Shown here: piece after piece, positions 9,901 to 19,240 of the stretch
Layout: each line of letters opens with the position of its first letter
How positions within the stretch are numbered: position 1 is the first letter of the stretch
Source: Candidatus Binataceae bacterium
GTDB lineage: Bacteria; Desulfobacterota; Binatia; Binatales; Binataceae
Length of the DNA stretch: 64,000 nucleotides
NCBI GenBank assembly: GCA_963752805.1
Contig: CAVWAA010000010.1
Span: forward strand, 73,450-137,449
Direction: 5' to 3'
The notes under the pieces: generated by a model
What the model was told of the DNA's origin: nothing
The model's database searches: none
The model's input: only the letters and a program-made list of their open reading frames with translations
Translations under genes and position numbers: made by a program

Positions 9901-11039
9901 GCCGTCAGGCGGAAGAGGCGTTGCGTAACGCCGACCGCAACAAGGACCAATTCCTCGCAACCCTCGCCCATGAGTTGCGCAATCCGCTGGGTGCAATGCT
10001 CAACAACGTCGAATTGCTGCATCGGCCGGCAAAGGGCGGCCAAGAGGTCGAACGGGTGAGTGATGTTTTGCAACGGCAGATCCGGTATTTGCTCCGGCTG
10101 GTGGATGACCTGCTCGACGTCGAACGCCTGGCCCATGGCAAGATCGCGCTACAGAAAAAAAGCACCAGGCTCTCAGACATCGTCAACGCCGCGATGGAAA
10201 TCTGCCGCCCGCTAATCGATCCCGGCTGCCACCACTTTATTGTCTCGCTTCCAACCGAGCCAACGTCGCTCCATGTCGACAGCGACCGCATCGCCCAGGT
10301 GATCGCTAATTTGGTGCACAACGCCTTTAAATACACTCCATCAGGCGGGCGCATCGAGTTGGCGGCCGAAGTCCAGGATCGTGATGTGACTATTCGTGTC
10401 CGGGACACCGGCGCTGGTATTGGGGCTGAGGTTCTGCCGCACATCTTCGACATGTATACACAAGGCGGAGGCTCATCGGGCACAGGACTCAAAGGGCTGG
10501 GCGTCGGCCTCGCTCTGGTCCGTCAATTGGTCGAATTGCACGGCGGCAGCGTCGCCGCCTACAGTGAAGGCTTACAAAAAGGCAGTGAATTTGTGGTACG
10601 GCTGCCGGTCGTAGAGGATGCATCGGTCACTCAACCCCTGCGCCCAATGCCTGGAAACGCCGCGGCCGGCGTTTCCGACGGAAATTCAAAAATTCTGATC
10701 GTCGATGATCATCGCGACGCGGCTGATGCGTTGGCCGCCCTGCTGGAGAGTTTTGGCCACGAAGTAGTAGCCTGCTACGAGGGACCCGCAGCGATCGAAA
10801 CGGCAAAGAGCTGTCGGCCACAGGTAGTCATTCTGGATATTGGTTTGCCGGGAATGAACGGTTACCAAGTGGCGCGGCAAATCCGCAAGATGCTGCCAGA
10901 TGCGAGGCTGATTGCACTGACTGGTTGGGTAGCTGAGGACAACTCTACCCAGGCACAAGAAGCTGGCTTCGACCACTATCTCGTCAAGCCAGTACAGCTC
11001 GCGGAATTGGAAAAGCTGCTGGCAAACCCCGGTAGATAA
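6972..11039 (+). CDS. CheB methylesterase / CheR methyltransferase-fused, PAS-containing hybrid sensor histidine kinase with C-terminal receiver
   Basis: 1355 aa. VVGIGASAGGVAAL.. (CheB-type), ..VWSVGCATGEEAYSLAMLL.. (CheR SAM site), a heptad-rich linker (EELRASNEELQAINEELRSATEELETSKEELQSVNEEL), PAS segments, the H-box LATLAHELRNPL, N/G boxes (HNAFKYT, DTGAGI, GLGVGLALV) and a REC domain (ILIVDDHRD..DIGLPGMNG). The TTG start at 6972 is uncertain. Confidence 0.9.
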   Translation: MTIAIKRSHQTRGRQTPSRSFFVVGIGASAGGVAALREFFSHVKADSGMAYVVIQHLSPQYASNLPALLQNQTTAPVTQVTEAVRVEPNHIYVIPPNKYLIMADGWVRLTEPEMMRGGHTSIDLFFRSLADSYRKNAIAILLSGAGTDGTFGLRRIKEGGGFVIAEDPAEAEYPEMPRSAINSGLVNLVLSVAEMPDKLCGLRDSAQRIQLPLEQEEPLPQTVDEVTLREILTLLRQRTGHDFSQYKRPTLMRRIGRRMQVHEVSELAGYLNFLHERPEELEALFRDLLISVTNFFRDRESFDFVAEKVIPKLFEGKQTNDQVRVWSVGCATGEEAYSLAMLLSEYAAHLLQPPKLQVFATDLDDRAIGEGREGQYPATLTTDVSPEPVEQFFVKDGERYRVKKELREIVLFAVHNVLRDPPFSRIDLISCRNLLIYLNREMQERILGILHFALRPNGYLFLGASESAEIAPSLFIPVDKKHRIYGRRTTVGPDLRIADEWLNAKPRLPDVVGTASSAVRSVGELHQEVVEQLAPPSVLINEDFDIVHMSAHAGLYLRFTGGEPTRNLLKLIHPQLRPDLHAALIEARSRSPGSAVQTRRLSLELEGKPCWVAVTVRPATHRPEAARGCYLVIFEEAAEAPSIGSGPALEAGDVSRMESVDRLEEELQRTKDQLRLTIEQYETSTEELRASNEELQAINEELRSATEELETSKEELQSVNEELTTVNQEYREKIEELGRANSDLQNLMASTDIGTIFLDRALQIKLHTPPAEELFNIVGGDIGRPLQHFTHKLDYDSLPADAQEVLRTLQTIEREVHSSDGRWYLARLRPYRTLDDKIDGVILTFVNITSRRRVEEQLREQAARLREQAEIVNLGDLMVRDADDRIVLWSAGCERLYGYTRQEALGKDIHELLKTEFPQPLSEINSELQRSGQWEGELIHIDRAGNRIVVVSHWAIHRPEENRPPVVLQVNSDITARRQAEEALRNADRNKDQFLATLAHELRNPLGAMLNNVELLHRPAKGGQEVERVSDVLQRQIRYLLRLVDDLLDVERLAHGKIALQKKSTRLSDIVNAAMEICRPLIDPGCHHFIVSLPTEPTSLHVDSDRIAQVIANLVHNAFKYTPSGGRIELAAEVQDRDVTIRVRDTGAGIGAEVLPHIFDMYTQGGGSSGTGLKGLGVGLALVRQLVELHGGSVAAYSEGLQKGSEFVVRLPVVEDASVTQPLRPMPGNAAAGVSDGNSKILIVDDHRDAADALAALLESFGHEVVACYEGPAAIETAKSCRPQVVILDIGLPGMNGYQVARQIRKMLPDARLIALTGWVAEDNSTQAQEAGFDHYLVKPVQLAELEKLLANPGR

Positions 11040-11077
11040 CCCCGATAGACCAGCTCATCCCGGCTGCCGCTGCATAA

Positions 11078-11114
11078 GCGGCCGCAACGTCGAAAGTCGC
11101 GGCCGCTTGGTTTT
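11078..11114. terminator. Candidate bidirectional intrinsic terminator between convergent genes
   Basis: GCGGCCGC (11078-11085) pairs with GCGGCCGC (11099-11106) across a 13-nt loop and is followed by TTGGTTTT. Lies between the kinase stop (11039) and the convergent GFA gene stop (11153). Confidence 0.4.
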
Positions 11115-11152
11115 ACTCTCAACTGAATGCGCCCACGGTGTATTTCAAGCCG

Positions 11153-11575
11153 TTACTTATCGAATCCAGCGACCTTGGGCAGTTGGTCAGCGCCTTCAAG
11201 CCAGGGCACTCGATCCGGCCAAAAGGCATGCCGCAGACTTTCGGCTGGCTGACCGGGATCCGCGTTGGGGTCAATGCATGCCCGGCTGACTGCAATCAGG
11301 TCCGGCAGGGCGTCCAGATTGATGGTCAAGGGTGATCCGCAGTTTTTGCACCGATTACGATGGACCTTGTCGGAACTGTTGAATGTTTGCAGGTCACCCC
11401 CTTTCGTCCATCGAAAACCCGCCTTCGGAAAAATTGATAGCGTAACGAAGGCTGCACCTTGCAGCCGCCGGCAAATTGAACAATGGCAGTGATGGGTATC
11501 CACTGCCGGCTGCATGATCGCAAACTGGTTTGCTCCGCAATAGCATGAGCCCTTAACTTCAGCGAAATTAGCCAC
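11153..11575 (-). CDS. GFA family (glutathione-dependent formaldehyde-activating / CENP-V-like) zinc protein
   Basis: GSCYCGANQFAI..HHCHCSICRRLQGAAF..CKNCGSPL reproduces the Cys pattern of the GFA fold. Confidence 0.8.
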   Translation of the reverse strand: MANFAEVKGSCYCGANQFAIMQPAVDTHHCHCSICRRLQGAAFVTLSIFPKAGFRWTKGGDLQTFNSSDKVHRNRCKNCGSPLTINLDALPDLIAVSRACIDPNADPGQPAESLRHAFWPDRVPWLEGADQLPKVAGFDK

Positions 11576-11835
11576 GACTCGTCCTCCCGCGCGAATGGCT
11601 TCAAGTTACCCACCTACCTGTGGGTAACTTGTCAACCTGTCAACGGTTCTAAAAAATGCCATGGTCTTAATACTTGTTTGGCCCGAATCAGACGTTAGAC
11701 CCTTCACTCACTCACTGAGTCGGCGAGCCCGTTGCCTCCCTCTGGTCAGCCGGCAGGATCAAATCCTACTGCGGTCATCTGCAAAAACGATCCTGCTCTT
11801 CTAGCACGCTTTCGCGCGAATCTTTTTGTTCAGTG

Positions 11836-13566
11836 CTAGGCAGCGCAACGCACCAGCCTGCCGGGATAGGCCTTGGTGTCCTTACCCTCCTCGAACGATA
11901 CTTCGCCATTGACCATGATCCAGCGATAGCCGCGCGGCCGCTGGACCAGGCGCGAATCGTTATTGGGCGGCAGATCGTAAATCATCTCTGGCTCTTCGAC
12001 CGCCAGCTTCAGCAGATCATAAATGATCAGGTCCGCGGCCATTGCTTCGCGGATACATCCTCGATCTTTGAATCCCGCCACCCAGGCCGGCATGTAACTT
12101 AAATGGTAATGCGCTTGCTCAAGCGTGATTGCACCGGCATCACGCACAACGCGCGAGAGCAGGTCGGTCGGGAACATGCCGAGCGTCTGGAACTTTGCAT
12201 GTGCACCACCGTCGGAGAAACCCGCGACCGCACGATGCGCCAGCATCTCTCGGCAGTGATCGGGCCGCGAATTGAATGCCGGGGTCTGCCATTGCGTCTT
12301 CCAACCATCAGCCGCGGAAATGTCCAGCACCACATCAATCACGTGCTTGTCCTCGCTTTTGGCGATATCAGCGGCGGTGCGATCCTGGTACCTGGCCCTG
12401 AGGTCTTGGCTATTGATCTTGCGGCAGATGAAGTGCGAGATATCGCCGACACTGCGCGGTTGCCTGGTCTGGTCATAGATCTGCTTCATTTGCTGACGCC
12501 GAACAGGGTCGCTCAAGCGGTTGATGCGCTCCTCAAAACTGCCCATTAGCGCCTCCCGCCAGACGTCCACGTTGTCAAAGAACGTCCACTTCTCGCCGAA
12601 ACAGCAGCGGAGATAAAGCGGCGCAGTGAGCGCATGCGCCACTAGCGGTACCCCGCGCTTGTTGTATTCGTCCACCACTGCGAGCTGACCGCGAAACACG
12701 TCTGGCCGCTTTTCGATGGGGACCACTGCATTGAAAATCAGCGGCCGATTTGCCGCCTCAGCCAGCCGGCCGGCGAAATCCATGTCACGCCGCGGTCCGT
12801 CTGCGCCCTCGTCGATATTGCCGGAAGCTTGCGCGAATTGGATATGACCGCGATCGTACTTCCGCAGCCCTTTCGCCAAAGCCAGGTAAAAATCGTCCGG
12901 CATGATATCCGAGACCATCAAGGTACCATCATAATCCCGCTGCACTGAAACATTGCCGAGCAACCGCTGCGCCGCCCAGCCATTCGCGCCGGCCGCCATC
13001 GCCTCATCGATGATCTCGATCATGCGGGCCATTTCCTTCTCGGTCGGCCCTCGGCTCTTCGCCTCCTCGTATCCGCCCATCACATAACTGACCAGCGGAG
13101 TAACCGGAACGAGTTGGATCATGTTGACCGCCTTCGGCAGCCGTTCGATTTGATCCATCCATTGCGGGAAGGTCTCCCAGTTAAACGGCATTGCTGCCTT
13201 CATCGCTTCGTACGGGATTGCCTCGTTCCGCTCCATCGAAAGCATCGAACGGTCCGCGTCCTTGGCATGAACCGGTGCAAATCCGAACCCGCAGTTGCCA
13301 TTAGTGACCGATGTAACACCATGCCAGCTTCCGATCGAGCAGGCCGGGTCCCAGAACACCGGCGCGTCATAATGGCAATGCAGATCGACGACGCCCGGGG
13401 CGACGATCAGCCCGCTGGCATCGATGGTCTGAGAGGCATCAATGCTCTTGAGATGACCGATCTTGGCAATTCTGCCGTCTTTGATGCCGACATCCGCCTT
13501 AAAAGGAGGCGTCAAGGTGCCGTCAACGATAGTTCCGCCTTTTACTATTTTGTCGAACTCAGCCAT
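11836..13566 (-). CDS. D-aminoacylase (N-acyl-D-amino-acid deacylase) family amidohydrolase
   Basis: 576 aa. IVKGGTIVDGT..ADVGIKDGRIAKIG..IDASGLIVAPGVVDLHCHYD.. is the typical N-terminus of this amidohydrolase subfamily. Confidence 0.8.
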   Translation of the reverse strand: MAEFDKIVKGGTIVDGTLTPPFKADVGIKDGRIAKIGHLKSIDASQTIDASGLIVAPGVVDLHCHYDAPVFWDPACSIGSWHGVTSVTNGNCGFGFAPVHAKDADRSMLSMERNEAIPYEAMKAAMPFNWETFPQWMDQIERLPKAVNMIQLVPVTPLVSYVMGGYEEAKSRGPTEKEMARMIEIIDEAMAAGANGWAAQRLLGNVSVQRDYDGTLMVSDIMPDDFYLALAKGLRKYDRGHIQFAQASGNIDEGADGPRRDMDFAGRLAEAANRPLIFNAVVPIEKRPDVFRGQLAVVDEYNKRGVPLVAHALTAPLYLRCCFGEKWTFFDNVDVWREALMGSFEERINRLSDPVRRQQMKQIYDQTRQPRSVGDISHFICRKINSQDLRARYQDRTAADIAKSEDKHVIDVVLDISAADGWKTQWQTPAFNSRPDHCREMLAHRAVAGFSDGGAHAKFQTLGMFPTDLLSRVVRDAGAITLEQAHYHLSYMPAWVAGFKDRGCIREAMAADLIIYDLLKLAVEEPEMIYDLPPNNDSRLVQRPRGYRWIMVNGEVSFEEGKDTKAYPGRLVRCAA

Positions 13567-13791
13567 AAAGCCCTCCTGCGCGGCTCAGCCAGAGCAGGCA
13601 TTTGAAACATTCCGTCACATGCACGGCTGAGATTGTCAAGGGCTGGAAGCACGGACCACAGACTGGATCAGTCCTTACCGATCGCTCGCCCAAAAAACCC
13701 CTGTTTCTAAGGCCGACCTTCACGATAGAACTTAAGGTAAAAGCGAAAACAGATGGATCGTAGAGAGGTCAAATGTCGAAAACGGGGACGT

Positions 13792-15267
13792 TCACTTTTG
13801 CACATTCCGCACGGTTCTTGGCTCCTTTCGGTCGGGCGCAGCGCTTTCGCCCACTGCTGAGGGGTGCTCGACCCGATGCAGCAGAGATTCACCCGGGGAA
13901 GGGTCGGGTGCGCCGAATTGGTCGCGCAGCCACTTTTCGCTCACCCGCAATCCGCGATCTACCGCGGGTCCAAGTCCTGCCATCAGTTCGGTCAGGTCGG
14001 CCTTCTCATTAAACCCAATACTGATTTGCGGGTAACGGCGCCGCGGTCCTCGATTCAGATCGATCAGCGGCTTCACCAGGTCGCGACTCAGCGTCGCAGC
14101 TACCCGGCGCGCATCGTCGGTAGCGATGTCCCTGCGCACCACGTCATGCACTTCGGCCGCCGCCCGGCTCCCCGCGCCGCGCGGCAACGAGGTCGTCAGC
14201 TCCTGCCCGAGCACCCCGATCGTCACCATCTTGTCGATGTACATGCACAGCTTCTCGTACATCTCATGCGACGCCTGCCCGCCACCCCTCGACTCTCGAC
14301 AAACTCAATCGCCATCGACTCGGGAATAATCGCGGCCGCGTCAGTGCCGATATTCGCCACCGCCCGCAGCAGCGCCGCCTTGTCAGCCTCCGTGGCGCCC
14401 GGCCCGTACTTGCCGAGCCGCATCGGCTGGCCGTAGACCTCGGCGAACACCACCCAATCTTTGAGCACGTAATTCTTGAAGAGGTAAGCCCAGATTGCGA
14501 TCCGCGCGAGGCCGCCGCGAATCGGCAGCCCCGCCTTGGCCCGCGTGATATGCGTGATGAACTTGAACGGCGCCAACGGCGAGGTCGCCGGCTGAATCCC
14601 GATCTGCTGCGCCGCCGTGCCGGCTGCGCACCCGCAGATTCATCGGTGACAAACGCGAGTCCCACGATTCGCGCCCGACCGGCAATTGCGGACCTAATTC
14701 CGCCGTCCCGCTGAGCGTGCGCACCAGCAGTTGTTCTCCAGAGACCCAGTCGAACATGAACCATCGCGGGTCGCGCCACTTGAGCGCAAACGGCAGCCAA
14801 TACGGCGCGCCCGTCTGCACATTCACCCCGTCGAAGTCCCAGATTATTTCGGTCGCGCTGAAGCCCTTGCCCAGCGCATCGAGCATCTCGAACACCACGT
14901 CGTGCAGGTCCACCTGCGACGAGTCAATCAGGATGTCGCGGATAAACTCGGAATCCTCGATTGACTGCGCGTCATCACCCGCTGCCTGCACGTCGATATC
15001 GAGCTGCGACACCGCCATCTTCCGCGTATGCAGCACGCCCTGGTAGAGCAGATCCTTTTCTTCCATCCGCTCCGCCAGCTCAAGGTAAAGCCAGGGGTCG
15101 CCAAACTCCGCCGTGCGCAGAATCCCGGCCACCTTCTCGGGGGTGAGCCCAATCGACTCGTCGATAATCGAATAGATGTTGCGGATGCCGAGCAGGGTAG
15201 GCGCCGCCTGCTCCTCCCGCAAAGCCTCGATCACAATCGGCCGCCCATATGCATCAAGCAATGGCAT
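13792..15267 (-). pseudogene. Mu gp29-like portal protein (DUF935 family), split over three reading frames
   Basis: Three track ORFs join into one DUF935-type sequence. 14383..15288 gives MPLLDAYGRPI..EKVAGILRTAEFGDPWLYLELAERMEEKDLLYQGVLHTRK..FALKWRDPRWFMF. 14223..14576 gives ..APFKFITHITRAKAGLPIRGGLARIAIWAYLFKNYVLKDWVVFAEVYGQPMRLGKY. 13792..14262 gives ..YEKLCMYIDKMVTIGVLGQELTTS... Frame changes lie near 14590-14650 and 14265-14285. Confidence 0.8.
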
Positions 15268-15433
15268 TATGAAGTCACCCCTCGTCACCGCATCAGGCTA
15301 CCCCGCTGGTGTGCAAAGTCTCCCTGGTCACGGGGAGAGTTTTGGTTACCCTCGCACGGCTGTAGCCGTTCATCTCTTGCTTAAAACCTCCGCGCCTGAC
15401 AGCGCGGAGGAATGTCAGAGCCGCACTGCTTCT

Positions 15434-16142
15434 TCATCTCCCATCCACCGTCAGAAAATAAGTGTTGCTGCTTGCGATATACTGCACCGTCACCCGGTCA
15501 ACGCAGCTGTTCGCCGTGCACGCGTTCGCCGGATAATCCGCCAGCGAATCGGGACACGTGCCGCTGGGGCAGACCAGGCTCGCGCCGCCCCCCGCACTGA
15601 ACGTCCACGTATCAATCACCCCGCTCGCCGGCTGGGTCAGATTGTAACTATGAGTGAGGTTCGGCCCCGAGGTCGAACCGAAACTCAGCACCGTCGCCGC
15701 GTTCGCGCCATTCCCGCATAGCGTGTAATTGTGCTCGTTCTGGCTGCCGCTGTCGGTGCCGCCGCTGTAGCAGGAATTAGCCGACGCATTGAAGCCGAGC
15801 TGGTTCAGGGTCTGCACGCTGCTCGGCGTCGACCCGCACGACCATTGCCCGTTCACCCCCAAGGCAAACGCGCCCGTGCCGCCGCCGGCGCAGGGAGTGC
15901 CGTTCGCCCCGTCGGTGACGTAGTACATCTGGCCGTTGGTGACGATCGCGGGGAGCTGGTAGAAGAAGATGTGCACGATCTGCGGCGCAATCGTGTCCTG
16001 GCCATTGAGCTTCGAGTTGATCGCATTGCGAAACTGCTGCCCCGCCAGATTCCCGTTGAAGTTCGGAATCGGATTGTACTGAGCAGTGCACCACGCCCGA
16101 CGAGCACAGCAGGATCATGAGCGCGAGCAGCGTTTCTGTCAT
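15434..16142 (-). pseudogene. Secreted Cys-rich protein of unknown function; signal peptide and mature part in different frames
   Basis: ATG 16142 gives MTETLLALMILLCSSGVVHC (signal peptide). The mature part (TAQYNPIPNFNGNLAGQQFRNAINSKLNGQDTIAPQIVHIFFYQL.. = track ORF 15434..15976) is in the +1 frame and has no start of its own. The ATG lies inside the terminus of MITE copy M1. Confidence 0.45.
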
Positions 16143-16320
16143 CCCGACAGAGCCGGAGCGCCAGCGAGGCGACGAGGGATCAACGCGAAGCGATTCAGTG
16201 CTCGATGCGCGCAAGGGATCTCCGCGAAAGGAACAGCAGGCTGCCGGTTCAGATTGCTTGGCAGCTCGCTCGGCAGCATTGTCACGCTTCGCTTGCCCCT
16301 CGGCTGCGCACGGGGTGACA
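16137..16320. mobile_element. MITE-like element M1 (~185 bp, TGTCAYCCCGA.. termini)
   Basis: tgtcatcccgacagagc..atcaacgcgaagcgattcagtgctcgatg..ggctgccggttcag..cggctgcgcacggggtgaca. Its left terminus contains the ATG of the signal-peptide gene (16142). Confidence 0.8.
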
Positions 16321-16387
16321 AATAAAGAGTGCGCTGTCACCCTCGCGCGGCTGCCGCGAAGGCTCGCTCCGCTCTTCGCTCCTCATC

Positions 16388-17074
16388 TCAATACCCCAGC
16401 GCCACCCAGCCGATCCCGGTGATGCCCGTCTCATGCGGCACCTGCGCCGATGCGATCAATTGCCCCTGCGTGGTCGTGTTGTTAATCAACAGCAGCGCGA
16501 GCTGATTACCCTGCTTCTGCAACGGGGTCACCGCCTTCGCCATGATTGAGAGCGACGAGAATACCGCCGTCACCGCATCGGTCTCCAGGTACGGCCACAG
16601 CGCCCAAATCGCATTGGGGAACGCGATCGGAAAATTGAAGCTGAACACCGCCGGCATCGGCGGCGGCGGACCCCCTGGCGGCGCCGGATTCCCATAGGCG
16701 CCCAGCGAGATCGTGCCCCATTGCATGATCGGCTGGATTTGCCCCAGGTTGATATCGCTGACGCCAAATTTCAGCCACCCATTGAGGCCGCCCCGGCGTG
16801 AATACACCCGCAGTGTTCAAATCCACACTCGAAGTGAAAGAGATCGTCCCCAGCGCCGACCAGATTCGCTTCGTCGGCAACCTGCTTCGCGTGAATCTGC
16901 TGCAGCTTGTCGAGAATCAGCTGATGAGGCTGGTTCGCGTCCCCCTGGCCGCCGAACGACGCCCCCGGCCAGTCCCCTTCCACCGTATCGGTCTGCGGGA
17001 TGAGATAGACGTCGCCATCCACCCAGACGTAGCCAGCATTTGCATTCAGATATGTAGTGCCGGTCGGATTACAT
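16388..17074 (-). pseudogene. Tail fibre protein, tandem copy B (start lesion plus frameshift)
   Basis: NPTGTTYLNANAGYVWVDGDVYLIPQTDTVEG..ANQPHQLILDKLQQIHAKQVADEANL parallels copy A. The start reads ATGTAATCCG where copy A has ATGCCTAATCCG (2-nt loss). The C-terminal part GLNGWLKFGVSDINLGQIQPIMQWGT..FSFNFPIAFPNAIWAL (track ORF 16388..16807) is in another frame. Confidence 0.6.
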
Positions 17075-17085
17075 GGTGCTCTCTT

Positions 17086-17260
17086 AATACCTCTCCCTCG
17101 TCGGGAGAGGTCGGCGCGAAGCGCCGGGTGAGGGACATTATTCCATTTGCGCGCCCGGCGCGCATTTGAAATGCTTCCGCTTCCGCCGCTGCACGTTCCG
17201 CGATGATTCCTCATCTGCGCTGGCTTCGCCTGCGCGCCTCTCGCTCAGTGAGAGGTTAAA
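17086..17260. mobile_element. G-type TIR element G1 between the two tail-fibre copies
   Basis: Left aatacctctccctcgtcgggagaggtcggcgcgaagcgccgggtgagggac; right cctcatctgcgctggcttcgcctgcgcgcctctcgctcagtgagaggttaaat (imperfect inverted repeats). Confidence 0.75.
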
Positions 17261-17889
17261 TCAATACCCCAGCGCCACCCAGCCGATTCCCGGTCAGCCC
17301 CACTGTTCCGTTCGGAGCATAGGCAATCGTCGGAAACCCGCCGCTCGCCCCGGTCAGCCACCCCATCTGATTATTCTGCTTTTGCAGCGGCGTGATCGGC
17401 ATGAAGGTAATCTCGGGCTGGTTGCTCCCGCCTGCGTTGTTCGATTCCGCATAGGCCGACAGCACCCACACCGCATTGGGAAAGGCTATCGGGAAGCTGA
17501 AGGGAAACAGACATCGGCGGCTTATTCGACGATCCGCCGTAGGGCAGCACGGAAATCGTGCCCCATTGAAGGATCGGATATATCTGCCCAAGATTCACAT
17601 CGTTGGAACTGAGCTTCATCCATCCATTGAGCCCGACTGCCGAAGTGAGCGTGAGTATGGTTTGCAGCGCGGATATGTTCGCTTCATCGGCGAGCTGATT
17701 CTTGTGCAGGAGCTGGGCCTTGTTCAGCAGCGCCTGATGAGGCTGGTTGTCCACTCCGAGCCCGGCGAACGAAGCGCCAGTCGCCGCCCCCTCGCTCTGG
17801 TCGGTCTGCGGAATCTGGTACACGTCGCCGTCAGTCCAGACGTAGGAATTATTCGCCTGCAGATAAACTGTGCCAGTCGGATTAGGCAT
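17256..17889 (-). pseudogene. Tail fibre protein, tandem copy A (frameshifted)
   Basis: MPNPTGTVYLQANNSYVWTDGDVYQIPQTDQSEGAATGASFAGLGVDNQPHQALLNKAQLLH (conserved fibre N-terminus) ..GLNGWMKLSSNDVNLGQIYPILQWGT. It then continues in another frame (track ORF 17256..17591) as FPFSFPIAFPNAVWVLSAYAES.., a gp53-like fibre C-terminal pattern. Confidence 0.65.
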
Positions 17890-17890
17890 C

Positions 17891-17965
17891 TCTTTCTGTC
17901 ACTCTCGCATCTCTTTCTGTCACCCTCGCGTGGCTGCCGCGAAGGGTCCCGCGTCTTCGCTCATC
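17891..17965. repeat. R-family element R1 (TGTCACCCTCGCG.. type)
   Basis: ctgtcactctcgca..ctgtcaccctcgcgtggctgccgcgaagggtcccgcgtcttcgc. Confidence 0.75.
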
Positions 17966-17977
17966 TCAGATTCTCGG

Positions 17978-18058
17978 TTCGCTCCGCTGTGCGCACGTCC
18001 AATAGGCCCTTGCGGGCCGTTCGGCAGACTCCTTAGCTGCGGCTCCGCTGCGCTACAC
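17978..18058. repeat. C-module copy C1
   Basis: ttcgctccgctgtgcgcacgtccaataggcccttgcgggccgttcggcagactcct..gcggctccgctgcgct. Confidence 0.8.
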
Positions 18059-18068
18059 GACTATGCTC

Positions 18069-18739
18069 TCACATGCTCACTGCCCACGTCCCCGAGAAAT
18101 TCCCTCCGCCCGTGTACGGAAACGCCGGCACCACCACATGCGCGATCATCGGAGTCGGCGCCGTGCTCTTCGCCACCAGCGTCCATACCGCCGTGTTATC
18201 TGTGGTCGTCGTCCCAATCACCGTGGACCAGGTCGGATGCGCCCCGCCCGAGGTCCCTGCCGGTAGTGCAGCGCTGAATATTCCCATTCGAATCGGCGAT
18301 CAGATTGCCCACCACGTAGGGATTGGCTGGCCGCCCAAGCCGGATTCGCCGTGCCGATCGCGGCGGGCAGATTCACTCCGCCGGTATTGCCGAACAGCCC
18401 CATCTCCGCGATTGTCAGCGGATTCGCCGCATAGTCAGCCGTCACCAATGAGTAGGCGAATTGCACGGTGCCCGCCGCGATCCCGCCGCTCGGACCGATG
18501 GTCACTGTACCAACCGCGTTGTAGTAAGCGGGATTCGTCGCCAGCGCGGTGTCGGTCGCCAGCGGCCCGGTGCTGCCCGATCCGAAGCCCACCGAGGCAA
18601 CGAACTGCCCAGCGGTCACGCCGCCCAGCAAACTCGCGAGCGCAGTGAGGCCGCCATTGACAACGAGGTTCTCCCGCTCCCAAAGCAACCTGCCGCGCCA
18701 CCAGCACGGCCCTTCGTACAGTCTGACTATGCCCCTCAC
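18069..18739 (-). pseudogene. Fibre / receptor-binding-like protein with a C-terminal GT(S/T)G..P.W..G.T..D.T..W repeat; two frameshifts
   Basis: GTG 18739 is preceded by AGGAGAAAATTG. ..ENLVVNGGLTALASLLGG..FGSGSTGPLATDTALATNPAYY.., then by own translation PYVVGNLIADSNGNIQRCTT in a second frame and AGTSGGAHPTWSTVIGTTTTDNTAVWTLVAKS in a third (track ORF 18069..18287). The joined motif matches the repeat inserted in the sheath. Confidence 0.5.
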
Positions 18740-18750
18740 CAATTTTCTCC

Positions 18751-18828
18751 TAGTAGAACAGGCTTTAGCCTGTTGGTTCTCTTTCTCCTGACTTTTAAAG
18801 ACCACAGGCTAAAGCCTGTGCCACCTCA
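18751..18828. repeat. Twin-hairpin element H1 (left arm degenerate)
   Basis: ..aacaggctttagcctgtt..ccacaggctaaagcctgtgccac. Confidence 0.7.
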
Positions 18829-19162
18829 GAACGTCGGGTGGGGTCTTCGCCCCCTCCAGCACATGTTTGCAATGATCCGGTGACAGTGCGTCCAACGCTG
18901 CGCAGAGCGCCTTCGCCACCGGGTCGCCGGCCGCCGCGCGGGTCGCTATATTCCACGATATCGTATGCGCCGGGTCATCAAACAGAATGCCGCTGCCGGC
19001 GCGGTCGAGCAGCCACAACTCCAGGTACAAGTTCGGATCGTTGGCTTCGATCCACCCCAACAACCCGCCCCAATTATCTGGCGAGGGTGCAGCGCCGAGT
19101 CGTTGCGTCAGCAACTCTTTGACCAGCGGATCCATCGGCCTAGGAGTATTAGGAACAACCAT
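18809..19162 (-). CDS. Hypothetical protein (117 aa)
   Basis: Intact ORF with AGGGAGGAAAATTAAATG supplied by the edge of twin-hairpin copy H2. No family recognised. Confidence 0.5.
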   Translation of the reverse strand: MVVPNTPRPMDPLVKELLTQRLGAAPSPDNWGGLLGWIEANDPNLYLELWLLDRAGSGILFDDPAHTISWNIATRAAAGDPVAKALCAALDALSPDHCKHVLEGAKTPPDVLRWHRL

Positions 19163-19177
19163 TTAATTTTCCTCCCT

Positions 19178-19240
19178 AGTGGCACAGGTTCCAGCCTGTG
19201 TTTTTCTCTTTAAAGACCACCGGCTAAAGCCGGTGCCACT
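19178..19240. repeat. Twin-hairpin element H2
   Basis: agtggcacaggttccagcctgtg..caccggctaaagccggtgccact. Confidence 0.85.
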
